A DNA stretch of 64,000 nt from Babesia bigemina (GCF_000981445.1 NC_027218.1:3410001-3474000), one strand, 5' to 3'; positions 17,601-28,359 are shown, counted from the first letter of the stretch. The notes: a model not told the origin generated them from the sequence alone. Numbers and translations are program-made.

Positions 17601-20316
17601 AGTAGGTATTTTTCAACTTTTCCAAGATTGTCTTAGCGTTATCCTTATCATCTCTCGCCGCTTTCATGACGGCTTCACAAAGCTGCTGAAAATCTGATGT
17701 TAATGTATTGAACTGATCCTGAACTTTGCCATTAATTATTCCGATCTCTGATAATGCCGCTTCCACTCCCCTCTGAATCTCACCGATCGCCGCGGGGAGG
17801 GTGCCTGCTTCTTTGATGGTGTTGAAGTCAGGATTGGAGAGGGCGGCAAGTTTGTCCTCTGTTTGGTCGACGAAACTATTGTATTGGGTGAAACTTGGCG
17901 CTCCTTCAAGTTTCACATGGCTGCCTTGCTTGGGAGCACTTTCCTCGGGCATTTGATTTTTTAACACATTCGTTACTTCCGTGATCGCGTTGTCGACGGC
18001 TTTGGCGTGGTTTTGGTCTCGGTCGGATTTATCTCTGAGTGCTACTTTGAGGTTTTCGTAAAGCTCATCAGCTACACGAAGTGCATTGTCCAGGTATGCT
18101 GAGGCGCTAGTTTGAGCCTTCCCTTTAAACCTTGGTTCCAGCAGAAGCGAATTAAGCTCCATTGCAGCTGTGGTGGATCTTAAAGCAAGTTGTTTAAACG
18201 TGGACGTTACAGCGTCTTGTAAGTTGCGTTTAATATGAACCGCAGTATCGGATTTCGCTTCATGTTTCAACTCTTCATCGTCTTCCATTGCCTGAACTAT
18301 TGTTGGAAGTTTGCTATCAACACTTGAAAGTAGACTGCTGCCGAACGCTTTTACGTTCTGCTGAATAACTTTCAAACGAGATTCAACGCTATCATCTGTG
18401 AAACGAGGCTCAGCGAATAGTTTCTTAATCTCTTCAATCAGCATTTTCTGCAGCTTTTCCGTTACCGATTTTGTGGTTGTGGTATTTTTGAAATAATTAT
18501 TATTCCTTCCCGTGTTCTCGTTGACATAAACCTTCAGCTTTCCATTAATAGCATCGCTAATTACAATTTCACCAACCCACGCTGCCACTTTAGCAGCGAA
18601 CTGATCGCCGGTGTAACTTTTTGAAACATACGTCTTTATTATTTGTTTTATGGCCCCGAGACCGGTGTCACCTCGTGTACCTCCGTGAATTCCATTTATT
18701 GTATTCCTAATATGTTCAACAATTCCTTCTATACTATCACCTTTCGTGATGGAAGTAAACTTATTCCCAAGTGCCGTAATCTTCGCATTTATTCCATTGA
18801 CCGCACTTCTTATTGCCGTCTTGACCTTAAACAAATCCTCCTTGAGCTTTCCGTCCATCTCTTTCACCTGCGCAAGCGCTGCTTTTACGTGCTCGTCAGC
18901 TGCTTTGTTGGCCTTGTTCCCAGCATCGAATAACTCGAATGCTCGGTCGTACAGCTCTTGGGCAGCTTTCTTAATCGGCTTGACATTGCTGAAGACAGAG
19001 TCTTCGCTAACTGCAGTAATGATTATATGAACCTTTTCTAACGCCGCTTCCACGGCAGTGTTTGCCTGCTCAATCCATTTAGTCAGATCCTGCACATACT
19101 CGAACAAGTTTTTTTCAATTTTTTTCAGCTCATCCAAAATTGCCCGGACCAACATCCGCAACTTCGTGACAAGTTCAGTCACTTCCTTACATATATGCGC
19201 ATTAACTTTTTTTCCATGATCCGTACAGACACTCTCGATCCTAGACTTCATAGTATCAAAGTCTCTGCTTTCCTTATCTGACAACTTCTTGAATCTCTCA
19301 CTTTCATCTTTGACGAAGCCTACAGCTTTTATTACTTTGAGTGACAGCGGATGATTCAAATCATTAATATCATTTTTCATCTCTGTTTTCGTCTTCAGAT
19401 TGAAAGTCTCATTAAACGTCGCAGCATACTGTTGACAATTTGACGACGCATTTCTGACGGACTTTTCTGCCTTCTCGGCTTCTGAATGAAAACGTATATC
19501 GATATTTTCATTTATGTCATTTATTTTCATTTTTAGCGTGTTAATTTCTCTTTCGAAATTTTCTATTTGTTTCCTTACTTTCAAATTACTTTTTCTAACA
19601 CCATCATTATACCTCCCCACCCCTGCGACCACACTTCCAATCGCAGCATTAAAACCTTTTTTACCGCCGTGTTTATTGGTGTTAAGTATCTTAATTACAG
19701 GTGTAATTGTCTCTTTATGCTGCCCTAAATGCTCTTTGATGTTGCTGAGAACACCACTCAAAAATCCCATCACCCCGTCACACAGCCTGTCAAGGTCGGA
19801 GTACACAATCCCATCACCAGTGTAGCCTTTGGAGGATGGATTGAAGCCAAGAAAAGTCTGAAGACCGTCACATAAATTAACAAGGAGATTTTTAGGCTCA
19901 TTTTGTTTAGTATTAAGATTAGTCAAAAATCCACAAAGCTTCTCCACTTTCTTCAAAGCCTCCAACTTGGACTGCAATTTGGCTAGCTCAGCAGAGGGAG
20001 AGGGGGAAGAAAGAGAGTTATAATGAAGGTTATTAGGCTTACTAAGTAGTCTATTTATGTCATCAATTTCCTGACTAACTTGCTTACTAAGCTTCTCAAT
20101 TTCACCGGTGCCATCAGCCTGGCCAGCAGACTTGACAGACTCAGAAAGGTTAGTAACATAAGAAGAGTAAAGATGTTTAAGCTCTTCATTACTGTTAATT
20201 ACAGCGATAATAGCATTCTTAACGGCTTTCTTAACACTGTCACTTTGACCAACAAATCCTCCAAGTTGACCAGCAAGGTGACCAAGGCTAATGAGCTTGG
20301 AGTCAATGTCATTCAA
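14692..20316 (-). CDS. ves: VESA-like protein G2 (tail A, long N-terminus); ORF-track start is TTG, first in-frame ATG 19770
   Basis: 1874-codon ORF with same conserved motifs; leaders at 20390 and 20526 do not join the ORF. Confidence 0.85.
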   Translation of the reverse strand: MNDIDSKLISLGHLAGQLGGFVGQSDSVKKAVKNAIIAVINSNEELKHLYSSYVTNLSESVKSAGQADGTGEIEKLSKQVSQEIDDINRLLSKPNNLHYNSLSSPSPSAELAKLQSKLEALKKVEKLCGFLTNLNTKQNEPKNLLVNLCDGLQTFLGFNPSSKGYTGDGIVYSDLDRLCDGVMGFLSGVLSNIKEHLGQHKETITPVIKILNTNKHGGKKGFNAAIGSVVAGVGRYNDGVRKSNLKVRKQIENFEREINTLKMKINDINENIDIRFHSEAEKAEKSVRNASSNCQQYAATFNETFNLKTKTEMKNDINDLNHPLSLKVIKAVGFVKDESERFKKLSDKESRDFDTMKSRIESVCTDHGKKVNAHICKEVTELVTKLRMLVRAILDELKKIEKNLFEYVQDLTKWIEQANTAVEAALEKVHIIITAVSEDSVFSNVKPIKKAAQELYDRAFELFDAGNKANKAADEHVKAALAQVKEMDGKLKEDLFKVKTAIRSAVNGINAKITALGNKFTSITKGDSIEGIVEHIRNTINGIHGGTRGDTGLGAIKQIIKTYVSKSYTGDQFAAKVAAWVGEIVISDAINGKLKVYVNENTGRNNNYFKNTTTTKSVTEKLQKMLIEEIKKLFAEPRFTDDSVESRLKVIQQNVKAFGSSLLSSVDSKLPTIVQAMEDDEELKHEAKSDTAVHIKRNLQDAVTSTFKQLALRSTTAAMELNSLLLEPRFKGKAQTSASAYLDNALRVADELYENLKVALRDKSDRDQNHAKAVDNAITEVTNVLKNQMPEESAPKQGSHVKLEGAPSFTQYNSFVDQTEDKLAALSNPDFNTIKEAGTLPAAIGEIQRGVEAALSEIGIINGKVQDQFNTLTSDFQQLCEAVMKAARDDKDNAKTILEKLKNTYFKHYDIKKKDAEDSIKKIKHDLETLRAGPVTRALTFGEQFLKPEADKLRDETTEKLKQQIDEEVAKAKKELTTRARIDYVSTMKMLLLHYEDRVTKELTGIRQEISDDLITGFKGFMGTFAGENGRTVSDVNIEKLKSVATTMSSTKYDPKQFTDLAKQFQSFWHPLNTYLKKEIKRAHAANNEKTNPEPTDVEKLYTSKIDSVTNELNILLNHLREHNRYDNKMPEMLDILSTEVDGLHPESFSEPSTPLLDGISKGLGKFAAELSKTYLNAYDGASDGMVLVDARNDKVTDDGNKCAKVCLSLLSILYSEFKTLLKYCVARCKSDQININTELGKYFATQGYKVTEDGKKHWELQDSKGMTGLFICKRMFGKDEHHLYYIDKSKQNALDTLHDCLQTYYQVSHIATFSARKRPCNIFEMLCWVSGLPCNNVYQDMLDDAISELFVDPSKQPEDADGIPVTYISDEPLPAYPQNIAMDDTQRAVKRLCSRSHDILTTIAGTGDAYSMYAVDYSTNSLNFHYPSKGEDCLQMLLDILRRLLPSLKFLHTQCGLSSAYHGWSGCQYGRGVKHSNWQCGEHPANESTDCLPRSPLMSYLRDSLPGCLPHQLVSAGCKSECKTCPKSLPGAPCITPLGFRGFSGSTKTGKDICTVLTKFFDNSNINALFGLLPKPPSTLPEHFQFALTLSSMLDNANAASDVSLAFVTKTKALSIDLYKETSKLTGALQNAYRNQAGHTSSDHSKSTEADLSSLSKDSCNLPHERDIHCAPYLCSTSSDAYTYLAKKHADLYLSWAVYLPWTFYSYLKSLLDAFQQIDCGGSGCTKCSCKPGKHGVEYSCKCKALISCRGVMTTFYQYGFTFGDAKTLYGTNRKFCLSFSTQLSNLLKSQHFTKLFEECDNFIWTIREPFTYLVLALWSLSLFYLVCVMVGRLDVLHIKSHLRSPSSHKITAQSLLAAAQVGRLAKISYLQP

Positions 20317-20552
20317 GTCTCTTCTCGTAGCATCGTCAGTGAGAGAATGGTCAGTATCAGCAAGTTGTTATAATGCTTAATGGAGGTCATAGCGTTAATA
20401 AGACGAAGTAATTCGAGCGATGTGGAGTTAAGGCGAACATGATGGGACATGGCAGTGGCAAGAGGTGGAAAAGGGGAAGTGAAGGGTGACGAGGCACAAG
20501 TTATTGTGATGGTTAATAGAAGTCATAGCAATGTTATGGCGAGGTAATTCAA

Positions 20553-20985
20553 GGGATGTAGAGTGGGTTAGGGAGCGATGTGGAGTGGATAAAGGAGCGA
20601 TGTAGAGTGGGTTAGGGAGCGATGTAGAGTGGGTTAGGGAGCGATGTAGAGTGGGTTAGGAAGCGATGTAGAGTGGATAAAGGGGCGATGTAGAGTGGAT
20701 TAGGGAGCGATGTAGAGTGGATAAAGGAGCGATGTAGAGTGGGTAAGGGAGCGATGTAGAGTGGTTAAAGGGGCGATGTGGAGTGGATAAAGGGGCGATG
20801 TAGAGTGGGTTAGGGAGCGATGTAGAGTGGGTTAGGGAGCGATGTAGAGTGGTTAAGGGGCGATGTAGAGTGGATAAAGGGGCGATGAAGAGTGGGTAAA
20901 GGGGCGATGTGGAGTGGATAAAGGAGCGATGTGGAGTGGGTTAGGGAGCGATGTGGAGTGGATTAGGGAGCGATGTAGAGTGGAT
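20553..20985. repeat. Repeat A array, ~20 copies
   Basis: Same unit. Confidence 0.95.
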
Positions 20986-21000
20986 AATAATCACCACTTG

Positions 21001-21167
21001 TGACCATGTCATCGCTGCCGTAGCCATGACATCGCTGCCGTGACCATGTCATCGCTGCCGTAGCCATGACATCGCTGCCGTGACCATGTCATCGCTGCCG
21101 TGACCATGTCATCGCTGCTGTGACCATGTCATCGCTGCCGTGACCATGTCATCGCTGCCGTGACCAG
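21001..21167. repeat. Repeat B array
   Basis: Same unit. Confidence 0.93.
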
Positions 21168-21430
21168 TAACTTGGTCACCACTTTGGTCACCACTTTGGT
21201 CAACACGTTGGTCAGCACCTTGGTCAACACCTTGGTCAGCACATAGGTCAGCACTTTGGTCATGGCATTGGTCAGCACGTTGGTCAACACTTTGGTCATG
21301 TGCTTGGTCACCACGTTGGTCAGCACATTGGTCAACACATTGGTCAGCACGTTGGTCAACACGTTGGTCATGGCATTGGTCAGCACATTGGTCAGCACCT
21401 TGATAAGGTGCTAGGTCAGGTGGTAGGTCA
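21168..21430. repeat. Repeat C array
   Basis: Same unit. Confidence 0.93.
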
Positions 21431-21555
21431 ACTCACTGCTTATGCGATCGATCATCAACGCAACCATTACTCTGTCTACAACATTAGATGTCAGTTGCCA
21501 GTTAGGTTATCAGTGGAATTTAGATTAATGATTTATGCGCTAACAATTCCTTAGA

Positions 21556-21742
21556 TCAGCTGTAAAACGCGATGCAGAAGGGTATCTTGCGTACGAGGAA
21601 ATCGCGGATGTTGCGGCCCACAGGGAAGCGGAAGATGCACAGGTCGAGCAGGATGATGGCGACGAAGATGGCAACGATGACGGCGGCGATGGCGGAGTAC
21701 GGAGGGGGGGAAGGTCACCTCACTGCTCATGCGATTCGTCAT
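21556..21742 (-). pseudogene. Orphan F-type TM+tail cassette, out of frame with its MSSEVT leader (a G homopolymer lies at the junction)
   Basis: Near-copy of the s3 3' end and its 3' flank; TGA at 21715-21717 in TM frame. Confidence 0.75.
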
Positions 21743-21840
21743 CAACGCAGTCATTACTGTCTACAACATTAGGTGTCAGTTGGCAGTCGGGTGGTTAGTG
21801 GAATTTAGATTAATGATTTATGCGCTAACAATTCCTTAGA

Positions 21841-22401
21841 TCAGCTGTAGAACGCGATGCAGAAGGGTATCTTGCGGACGAGGAAATCGCGGATGTTGCG
21901 GCCCACAGGAAAGCGGAAGATGCACAGGTCGAGCAGGATGATGGCGACGATGATGGCAACGATGACGGCGGCGATGGTGGAGTAGGGAGGGGGGGAAGGC
22001 GGAGAATCATCGTCTTTCTTGACAGCTTGGGGAGGGGACAAATGATCTTGACTGGCTTCGGAGCTTTTTGGACCTGGGAGAGAGGGGGAACCAGGGGGAG
22101 GCTGTGGAACGGGGAGAGGAGATTGGCAGGAGTCAGGCTCCTCTCTACATTTCCGTTGACAACAGTCACATTTACAGTCTTTCTCCTTGCCTGTACATTG
22201 TTTCTTACATCTCAAAGTTTCGCATTCGTATTTTTTACCTCTGTTTTGGCTGCGCATAAAGTAATCATACCAACATTCATCGCATCTTCCAGCCTTACAC
22301 TCTGTACAACACCAGGGACAACAATTACACACTACATTTTTTCGACATCCATTATGACACTGCGTGCACAGAGCATATGGCATGTACACTCGCCCCGTCA
22401 T
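21841..22401 (-). CDS. Small Cys-rich single-pass membrane protein s3 (186 aa from ATG 22401; F-type tail ..RKIPFCIAFYS)
   Basis: GGGGAAG-ATG start as in paralogues; Cys-rich domain, Pro-rich linker, TM. Confidence 0.85.
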   Translation of the reverse strand: MTGRVYMPYALCTQCHNGCRKNVVCNCCPWCCTECKAGRCDECWYDYFMRSQNRGKKYECETLRCKKQCTGKEKDCKCDCCQRKCREEPDSCQSPLPVPQPPPGSPSLPGPKSSEASQDHLSPPQAVKKDDDSPPSPPPYSTIAAVIVAIIVAIILLDLCIFRFPVGRNIRDFLVRKIPFCIAFYS

Positions 22402-22409
22402 CTTCCCCT

Positions 22410-22645
22410 CCCAGTCACTCAATCTGCGAACATATCAATCACTCAAGCAGCACTCACCAACTGCAACACGTACCACTGCCCCTCCCAGTCCCCTTAACCT
22501 GCAGACATATCAATCACCTAGCAACGCACTCACCAACTGCAACACTACCACTGCCGCTCCAGTCCCCTCAACCTGCAGACATATCAATCACTCAAGCAGC
22601 ACTCACCAACTGCAACACGTACCACTGCCGCTCCCAGTCCCCTCA
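22410..22645. repeat. Repeat D array, ~3 copies
   Basis: Same unit. Confidence 0.9.
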
Positions 22646-22654
22646 TCAACACTC

Positions 22655-23158
22655 ACCCTCACCGCTGTATCCCCCCAGCCCGGGCCACCGACACCCACGC
22701 TGCCCGGGATACCACAGCTGCCCTGACGCGACGCATGTGATCAGCACCAACTGTCACTCTAAATTATTCACTATTCGCATCGCCATGAAAATTGCAGCGA
22801 ACCCCGTGCGCTCAACTCCCACAGTGCAGCAGCACCGTGATACGAGCCGCGGTATCGGCGCCATGCTGGCGGAGCGTGTCGGCTAGGTCCCTAAATATCA
22901 TATTAACGATCGCTACATTGCCGCCTATAAACGCCATTTAACCAGGCCAACGCGGATTACGCCACCCTGCCAGTGACTCGCAACACACGACTTAGGTCAC
23001 CCGCCGCGGCCCTCACGACCGCCTACCTTAGCGACCAATCACCCAGCCTCACGTGACACTCACTCAATGGGCAACGCGGACACCTCTCACAGTCAACGCG
23101 TAACTCAACGCACCAGGCAATCAACGTGCTACAACACTCACTAAATTACGGTTCATCC
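22655..23158. promoter_or_regulatory. Conserved ~500-bp spacer, copy 3
   Basis: Similar to 4600-5105. Confidence 0.4.
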
Positions 23159-23159
23159 G

Positions 23160-23243
23160 CCAGCTTAGCACTTTGCCTGGGTGCTAGCTTAGCACGTAGC
23201 CTGGGTGCTAGGTCAACACTTTGCCTGGATGCCAGCTTAGCAC
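23160..23243. repeat. Repeat E array, ~3 copies
   Basis: Same unit. Confidence 0.88.
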
Positions 23244-23370
23244 TTAATCTCAACGCTATCTAGTTCACAGGTTGCCGCTAGAGTAATTCGAGACATTAGA
23301 CTACGTTTGTTTGTTAGGTGAGTAGGTGAGTTGTTACGTGAGTTGTTGTGAATTACAAGTGTGAATACAA

Positions 23371-26300
23371 TTACGGTTGTAGATACGATATCTTCGCAAG
23401 CCTTCCGACTTGCGCCGCCGCCAACAGTGATTGCGCCGTTATCTTGTGCGACGACGGTATCCTCAGGTGTGAGCGTATGTGGAGCACATCCAGTCTGCCA
23501 ACCATCACGCAGATGAGGTAGAAGAGGGACAGTGACCAAAGAGGGAGGACCAAGTAGAAGAATGGTAGGCGGATTTGCCAAAGGAAGTCGTCGCATTTGG
23601 TCAAGAGGTTTCCGAAACATTTGGAAGTCAACACGTTCTGCAGCTGCTTTGTAAAGTCGTGGCAATATCGTCGATGATGCTGTTCTAGCAATTTCATTGA
23701 ATCTCCGAAGGTGAAACCATATCCGTAGAATGCGCCCAGCACGCCGCGACAACGTACGAGTGCGTTGCATTTGCAGTTGTAGTCGACACCGTGTTTTCCC
23801 GGTTTACATGTATCGCCTATCAGGCAACTACGGCATCCCCAGTATTGGCAGGAGATAGCACAGAATGCGTCAAGTAACGATTTCAGATATTGATAAAACG
23901 TCCAAGGAAGGTAAAGTGCCCATGATAGATAGAGCCCAGAATGTTTGATGGCGAGACAACTATACGCATCAGAGGACAACGAATATAGGTATGGGCCACA
24001 GTAAACATTCCGATTAGGATAGACACAAGATTTGTCTGTACAGAGAGTGTAGAGATCGGCATTTGTTGCATCGGGGTGCGGGTTAGCATTATGGTTCTTG
24101 TTGCTGTTATATGCATCACGCAAGGCACTTGTGAAGCTGGACGCATTCTCATACAGCTTGATAGACTGCTTATCAATGGATTCTTCAAACGATTCACGTA
24201 ATGTTTTCACGTCACTCTTTCTCTTGGTTGTAGTAGCGTTAATACCGGCAGCCAGCGTTAACACAAAACTAAAGTGCTCTGATAGCGTCGACGGTGGTTT
24301 AGGATCGAGGGCAAATAGACATGAGAGCCCATCGAAATTGAGGAATATATCAATAATTCGACAGAGATCAGCACCCGTTTTCGTTGACCCGGAGAATCCC
24401 CTGAACCCAAGCGGTGTCAAACAAGGCATGCCAGGTGAGCTCTTTGGACACGTGTTACACGTTGACTTACAGCCTATGGAGGAGAGGTCATGTGGCAAGT
24501 GACCAGTCAGAGAGTCGTATAGATATGACATTAATGGCGACGTAGGTTGGCAATTTGGTTGACAATTTACCTTGCATTTTGGTTGGCACTCAGCTTTGTC
24601 GGTTGAATGCTTTTCACATGGCGAGTTGGATGCCTTCACACTTTTGCCGTACAGGCACTCGCTCCAACCGTGATATTTAGCACCGAGTCTGCATTTTTGT
24701 TGCAAAAATCGTAGACATTGGAGTACTCTACGCAGCAAATCGACGATCATCTGCAAGCAATCGTCCCCCGTTTTGGGGTATTTGAATTTAAATGAGTTGT
24801 TGCAAAACTCGCTGCCATAGATGGTTTGGGCGTCACCGTGGCCGGCGATAGCTGTAACGATATCGTAAGACATTGAGCAGATATGGGCAAGAGCCTTGTC
24901 GACACGTTCGTATGTTATGTCGCTTGGGTAAGCCGGTATTGATAGCGATCCTTCATCAACCGCTGTGAACTCAAGACCGTCGAGCACCTGCGCCTTATGC
25001 TTATCTTTGTCGGTCAGCACGTCAGTGATGCTGTCACGCAAGAGGGTCGAATACACTCCGCTATATGGAAGCCCGGAGAACCATACGAGGGCATCATATA
25101 CGCTGCTTGGCACTTTGGTTGATGACGCAGTGGGTATGTGACACACCTCATTGTACTTATCTGTGTGATAGAGAATGCATTCGAGTAGGTCGAAGAGATT
25201 GAATTGACTGGGTTTCTTGGTTTTATTAGATTTGCAGGTTTTGAGATGTTTGGCTATTTCAGTATCGATGTAGTCTGTTTCGAGTAGTTTATCATGAATG
25301 GTCTTACCGCTGAGCTTGTCAGATGGGTGCTTCAATTCGCCGTCTTTCGATACCTCATCAGTGGCGACTTGAAATCCGCAGCGGACCAAAAATGTGCCGA
25401 GTGAATTTTCGCCGCGTTTGTCATTCTTACACCATTGTCTACTATTCCAGCCGCCGCCGGCCATGCACCCTTTATTCAAGCTGTTAAGACTGTCATGAAG
25501 AGTATATAAAATGGTGGCAAAGACTTTGACATATTTGGACGCGTGGCTTTCGTCGTATATTTGGCCAGAGTACCTGCTGACGTAGGCCTTTTGGAACTCA
25601 GTGACAATAGTAGTGAAGCCACTTCGCACGGCCACGAGGATGAAAGGGTTCTTCCCTTCACCATACGTCGACGGTTTGAATTCACTAACCTTAGTTTCAA
25701 GTGGATCCAGGTTTGTCAAGAATTCATGGTCGAAGTGTCCACGTTCTGCGAGCATAGCGAGCACCTTGCGGAGGGCTTCCTTGGCAGGCGTAATGATTTT
25801 GTAATCGGACGTGAAATCTTTCTGCTTCTCTAAGCTGCCAAAAAAGGCCTTCACAGCAGTATTGAATTTTTCAGCGCCCTGACTGAGCGGAGATTTTTGT
25901 TTAGGGGAGTGCGTCTCCGAAATCTTATCAATGCCCTGAATCACTTGTTCGCCTGTCAGAAAGTGCGTTTCCAACCTCAACATAAACCCATTCAGCCCGG
26001 TGTTCAGATCATTGTGTATCTTGGCCGACAATCCATTTAATTCGCCGTTAACTTTTCCTGTAAACTTCTCGAGCAGGGACTTGGTTGAGCAGACGAACCG
26101 TTTCTGAATTAGGGTGGTGAGTTTCACGGTGGCTGCTTCCACTTCTTGTCTGACGTTGTTCTCGAGTTTTTCGATGGTTTCTTGGCATGCTCGGGTGGCA
26201 AAAGCATCCAAGCCATGAACGAATGTAATGGTACTTTTCAAATCCTTGCTCCGCAATTCGCTAAGTTGGCGGTGGATGTGTTGAAGAGTGTCTTTGGCTG

Positions 26301-28359
26301 GCGTACCGCGTTCCGTTTTGCCAATATCCCTCTTGAGCTTTTGCAAATTCTGCTTGATAGCATTACCGCTAGCGCTTAAGGCGTCTAGTAACTCAGAAAG
26401 GTACTTCGGAAGCTCAGTAGAGAGAGTATGAAGCGAGCTCTTGACATAGTCCACGTTTATGTCAGTAGCATGGGTTTTTATTTCATTAACTGTACTTTTT
26501 AAAGATTCGTTTGCTAAACTAAACAGATTCATCATACTCTTAACGTTGATTTGTTGTGGATCGCTAACTGTATCCATCTCGAATTTTCCTAGCACTTCGT
26601 TAATTGCAGCGCTGGCTCCATCTGTTATCTGCTTTTTAGCAGCAAAGTCGAACGTTTCAACAGCTTTCTTAAGTCCCCCAACTCCGCCACTTCCATCAAC
26701 TGCCTTAGTCAGCTCTTCGATGAGTTTGGCAAGAGAACCCTCATCAGGATTTTCCACACCTCCAGTCTGACCGTATACTGTCGTTTTCAGCTCTATTAGA
26801 GCATTATATTTTGCAACGGCAGTAGTCAAGCTAGGATCGTCTCTTATTTTAGCAATCTCTTCTTTTGCCGGATGAAACTCTGTTTTGAGTTTTTCGCCCA
26901 GCGCATTTATTGCGCCAGCTGCCTTGTCGACAGCCTCTTTTAGATTTTTCACAGTAGATGGCGTTCCAGATGTTACTTCGTCATAGTGTTCCGTTATAGC
27001 ACGCATTCCACTATTCAACTCTTCTACAAGCTCCATTATACTTCCGGCTGTCGACGGTTGAACATTTAACATACTACTGATACGTTGTAAAATACCGACA
27101 TAGCTCTCAAGTTTTCTTGATTTTGGTGATAAAGCATTTTGGAATTTTTGTAGATTTGCTTTTTCAAGCGCTTCCGCAAAATCATAAAATTTTTGTTTAA
27201 ACGCTTTAATGTACAAAGAACCAAGGCTCGCAGAATTTTCTGTGATTCGGCCGATTACTGCTGTGAGCTCATTTTTAGACTCAGTTAAAGACTGGAACTG
27301 CTTACCTACCAGACCTTTGACTACGCCATTCACCGCACTGCTGCTTCTCACATCATTTAACATCTTACTAATATCATCCCTCAACGCCTGCAACCCAATA
27401 CGTACATTGACCTCAAGGCTGTCTGCTTGCTCAGTAACTTGCTGCGCCAGACTTTCAAGTTTTCTTTTTACACCATTAATATTTGTTTCGAGATCCTTTC
27501 TCCGCCTTTCCAACTGCTCTCCAACTCGTTTGATAGAATTTTGTTGATTCTTTCCAATTCCTTTTTGTACAATTCCTTCAGCCTCGTATATCGTTGTATC
27601 AACAATTTTGTCGGACGCATCTATCCATTTCTTCAACTCCTCCACATACTCTTCCAGCTTAGTGTCGATAGCGTTAAGTTGTTTCCAAATATCTTTCGCC
27701 AGTCTTTTGAATTGCTCTACAAGATATTTTACTTCCCTATTAATATGCTTGTTCATTTGTGTGTGAAGCGATTGGAGAGTTTCGGTGATGATTCTGTTTG
27801 TTACTTCGAAGTCCTCACTTTCCTTATTCGACAGCTCATTGAGCCGCTGACTCTCATGGCTCACAGCCTTCAAAGCGTTCCTCACGCATTCCTGTAATCT
27901 GGGATTTAAGTCGTCGATTGCTTTTCTTATTTCTTCTTTTTTACCGGTATTTAGAGCTTCATTGAACTCTGTTGCAAATTGTTTACATTCAAGCAGTTTA
28001 CTTTTAATTAACTCTACAGCCTGCATCAAGGCATCATTAGTGACTGCATTTTCGTTCGGCAAAATGCTTTTTACTGCGTTTACAATGTTTTTATCAATTT
28101 GCTTTTGAAGATTTTTAATGGGTTTTTTAATTTCATCATTCGACCTCTTCACCCTCTCATTATACCTCCCCACCCCTTCGACCACACTTCCAATCGCAAC
28201 ACTAAAACCTTTTTTACCGGCGTGTTTATTGGTGTTAAGAGTGTTAATTGCATCTGTAATTGTCTCTTTATGCTGCCCTAAATGCTCTTTGATGTTGCTG
28301 AGAACACCACACAAAAACGCCATCACCCCGTCACTCAGCCTATCCAGGTCAGAGTACAC
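23371..28359 (-). CDS. ves: VESA-like protein G3 (tail A, short N-terminus); leader ATG 28602 is in frame but interrupted by TAA 28477-28479; first downstream ATG 28323
   Basis: 1662-codon ORF with family motifs; stop read manually. Confidence 0.8.
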   Translation of the reverse strand: MYSDLDRLSDGVMAFLCGVLSNIKEHLGQHKETITDAINTLNTNKHAGKKGFSVAIGSVVEGVGRYNERVKRSNDEIKKPIKNLQKQIDKNIVNAVKSILPNENAVTNDALMQAVELIKSKLLECKQFATEFNEALNTGKKEEIRKAIDDLNPRLQECVRNALKAVSHESQRLNELSNKESEDFEVTNRIITETLQSLHTQMNKHINREVKYLVEQFKRLAKDIWKQLNAIDTKLEEYVEELKKWIDASDKIVDTTIYEAEGIVQKGIGKNQQNSIKRVGEQLERRRKDLETNINGVKRKLESLAQQVTEQADSLEVNVRIGLQALRDDISKMLNDVRSSSAVNGVVKGLVGKQFQSLTESKNELTAVIGRITENSASLGSLYIKAFKQKFYDFAEALEKANLQKFQNALSPKSRKLESYVGILQRISSMLNVQPSTAGSIMELVEELNSGMRAITEHYDEVTSGTPSTVKNLKEAVDKAAGAINALGEKLKTEFHPAKEEIAKIRDDPSLTTAVAKYNALIELKTTVYGQTGGVENPDEGSLAKLIEELTKAVDGSGGVGGLKKAVETFDFAAKKQITDGASAAINEVLGKFEMDTVSDPQQINVKSMMNLFSLANESLKSTVNEIKTHATDINVDYVKSSLHTLSTELPKYLSELLDALSASGNAIKQNLQKLKRDIGKTERGTPAKDTLQHIHRQLSELRSKDLKSTITFVHGLDAFATRACQETIEKLENNVRQEVEAATVKLTTLIQKRFVCSTKSLLEKFTGKVNGELNGLSAKIHNDLNTGLNGFMLRLETHFLTGEQVIQGIDKISETHSPKQKSPLSQGAEKFNTAVKAFFGSLEKQKDFTSDYKIITPAKEALRKVLAMLAERGHFDHEFLTNLDPLETKVSEFKPSTYGEGKNPFILVAVRSGFTTIVTEFQKAYVSRYSGQIYDESHASKYVKVFATILYTLHDSLNSLNKGCMAGGGWNSRQWCKNDKRGENSLGTFLVRCGFQVATDEVSKDGELKHPSDKLSGKTIHDKLLETDYIDTEIAKHLKTCKSNKTKKPSQFNLFDLLECILYHTDKYNEVCHIPTASSTKVPSSVYDALVWFSGLPYSGVYSTLLRDSITDVLTDKDKHKAQVLDGLEFTAVDEGSLSIPAYPSDITYERVDKALAHICSMSYDIVTAIAGHGDAQTIYGSEFCNNSFKFKYPKTGDDCLQMIVDLLRRVLQCLRFLQQKCRLGAKYHGWSECLYGKSVKASNSPCEKHSTDKAECQPKCKVNCQPNCQPTSPLMSYLYDSLTGHLPHDLSSIGCKSTCNTCPKSSPGMPCLTPLGFRGFSGSTKTGADLCRIIDIFLNFDGLSCLFALDPKPPSTLSEHFSFVLTLAAGINATTTKRKSDVKTLRESFEESIDKQSIKLYENASSFTSALRDAYNSNKNHNANPHPDATNADLYTLCTDKSCVYPNRNVYCGPYLYSLSSDAYSCLAIKHSGLYLSWALYLPWTFYQYLKSLLDAFCAISCQYWGCRSCLIGDTCKPGKHGVDYNCKCNALVRCRGVLGAFYGYGFTFGDSMKLLEQHHRRYCHDFTKQLQNVLTSKCFGNLLTKCDDFLWQIRLPFFYLVLPLWSLSLFYLICVMVGRLDVLHIRSHLRIPSSHKITAQSLLAAAQVGRLAKISYLQP

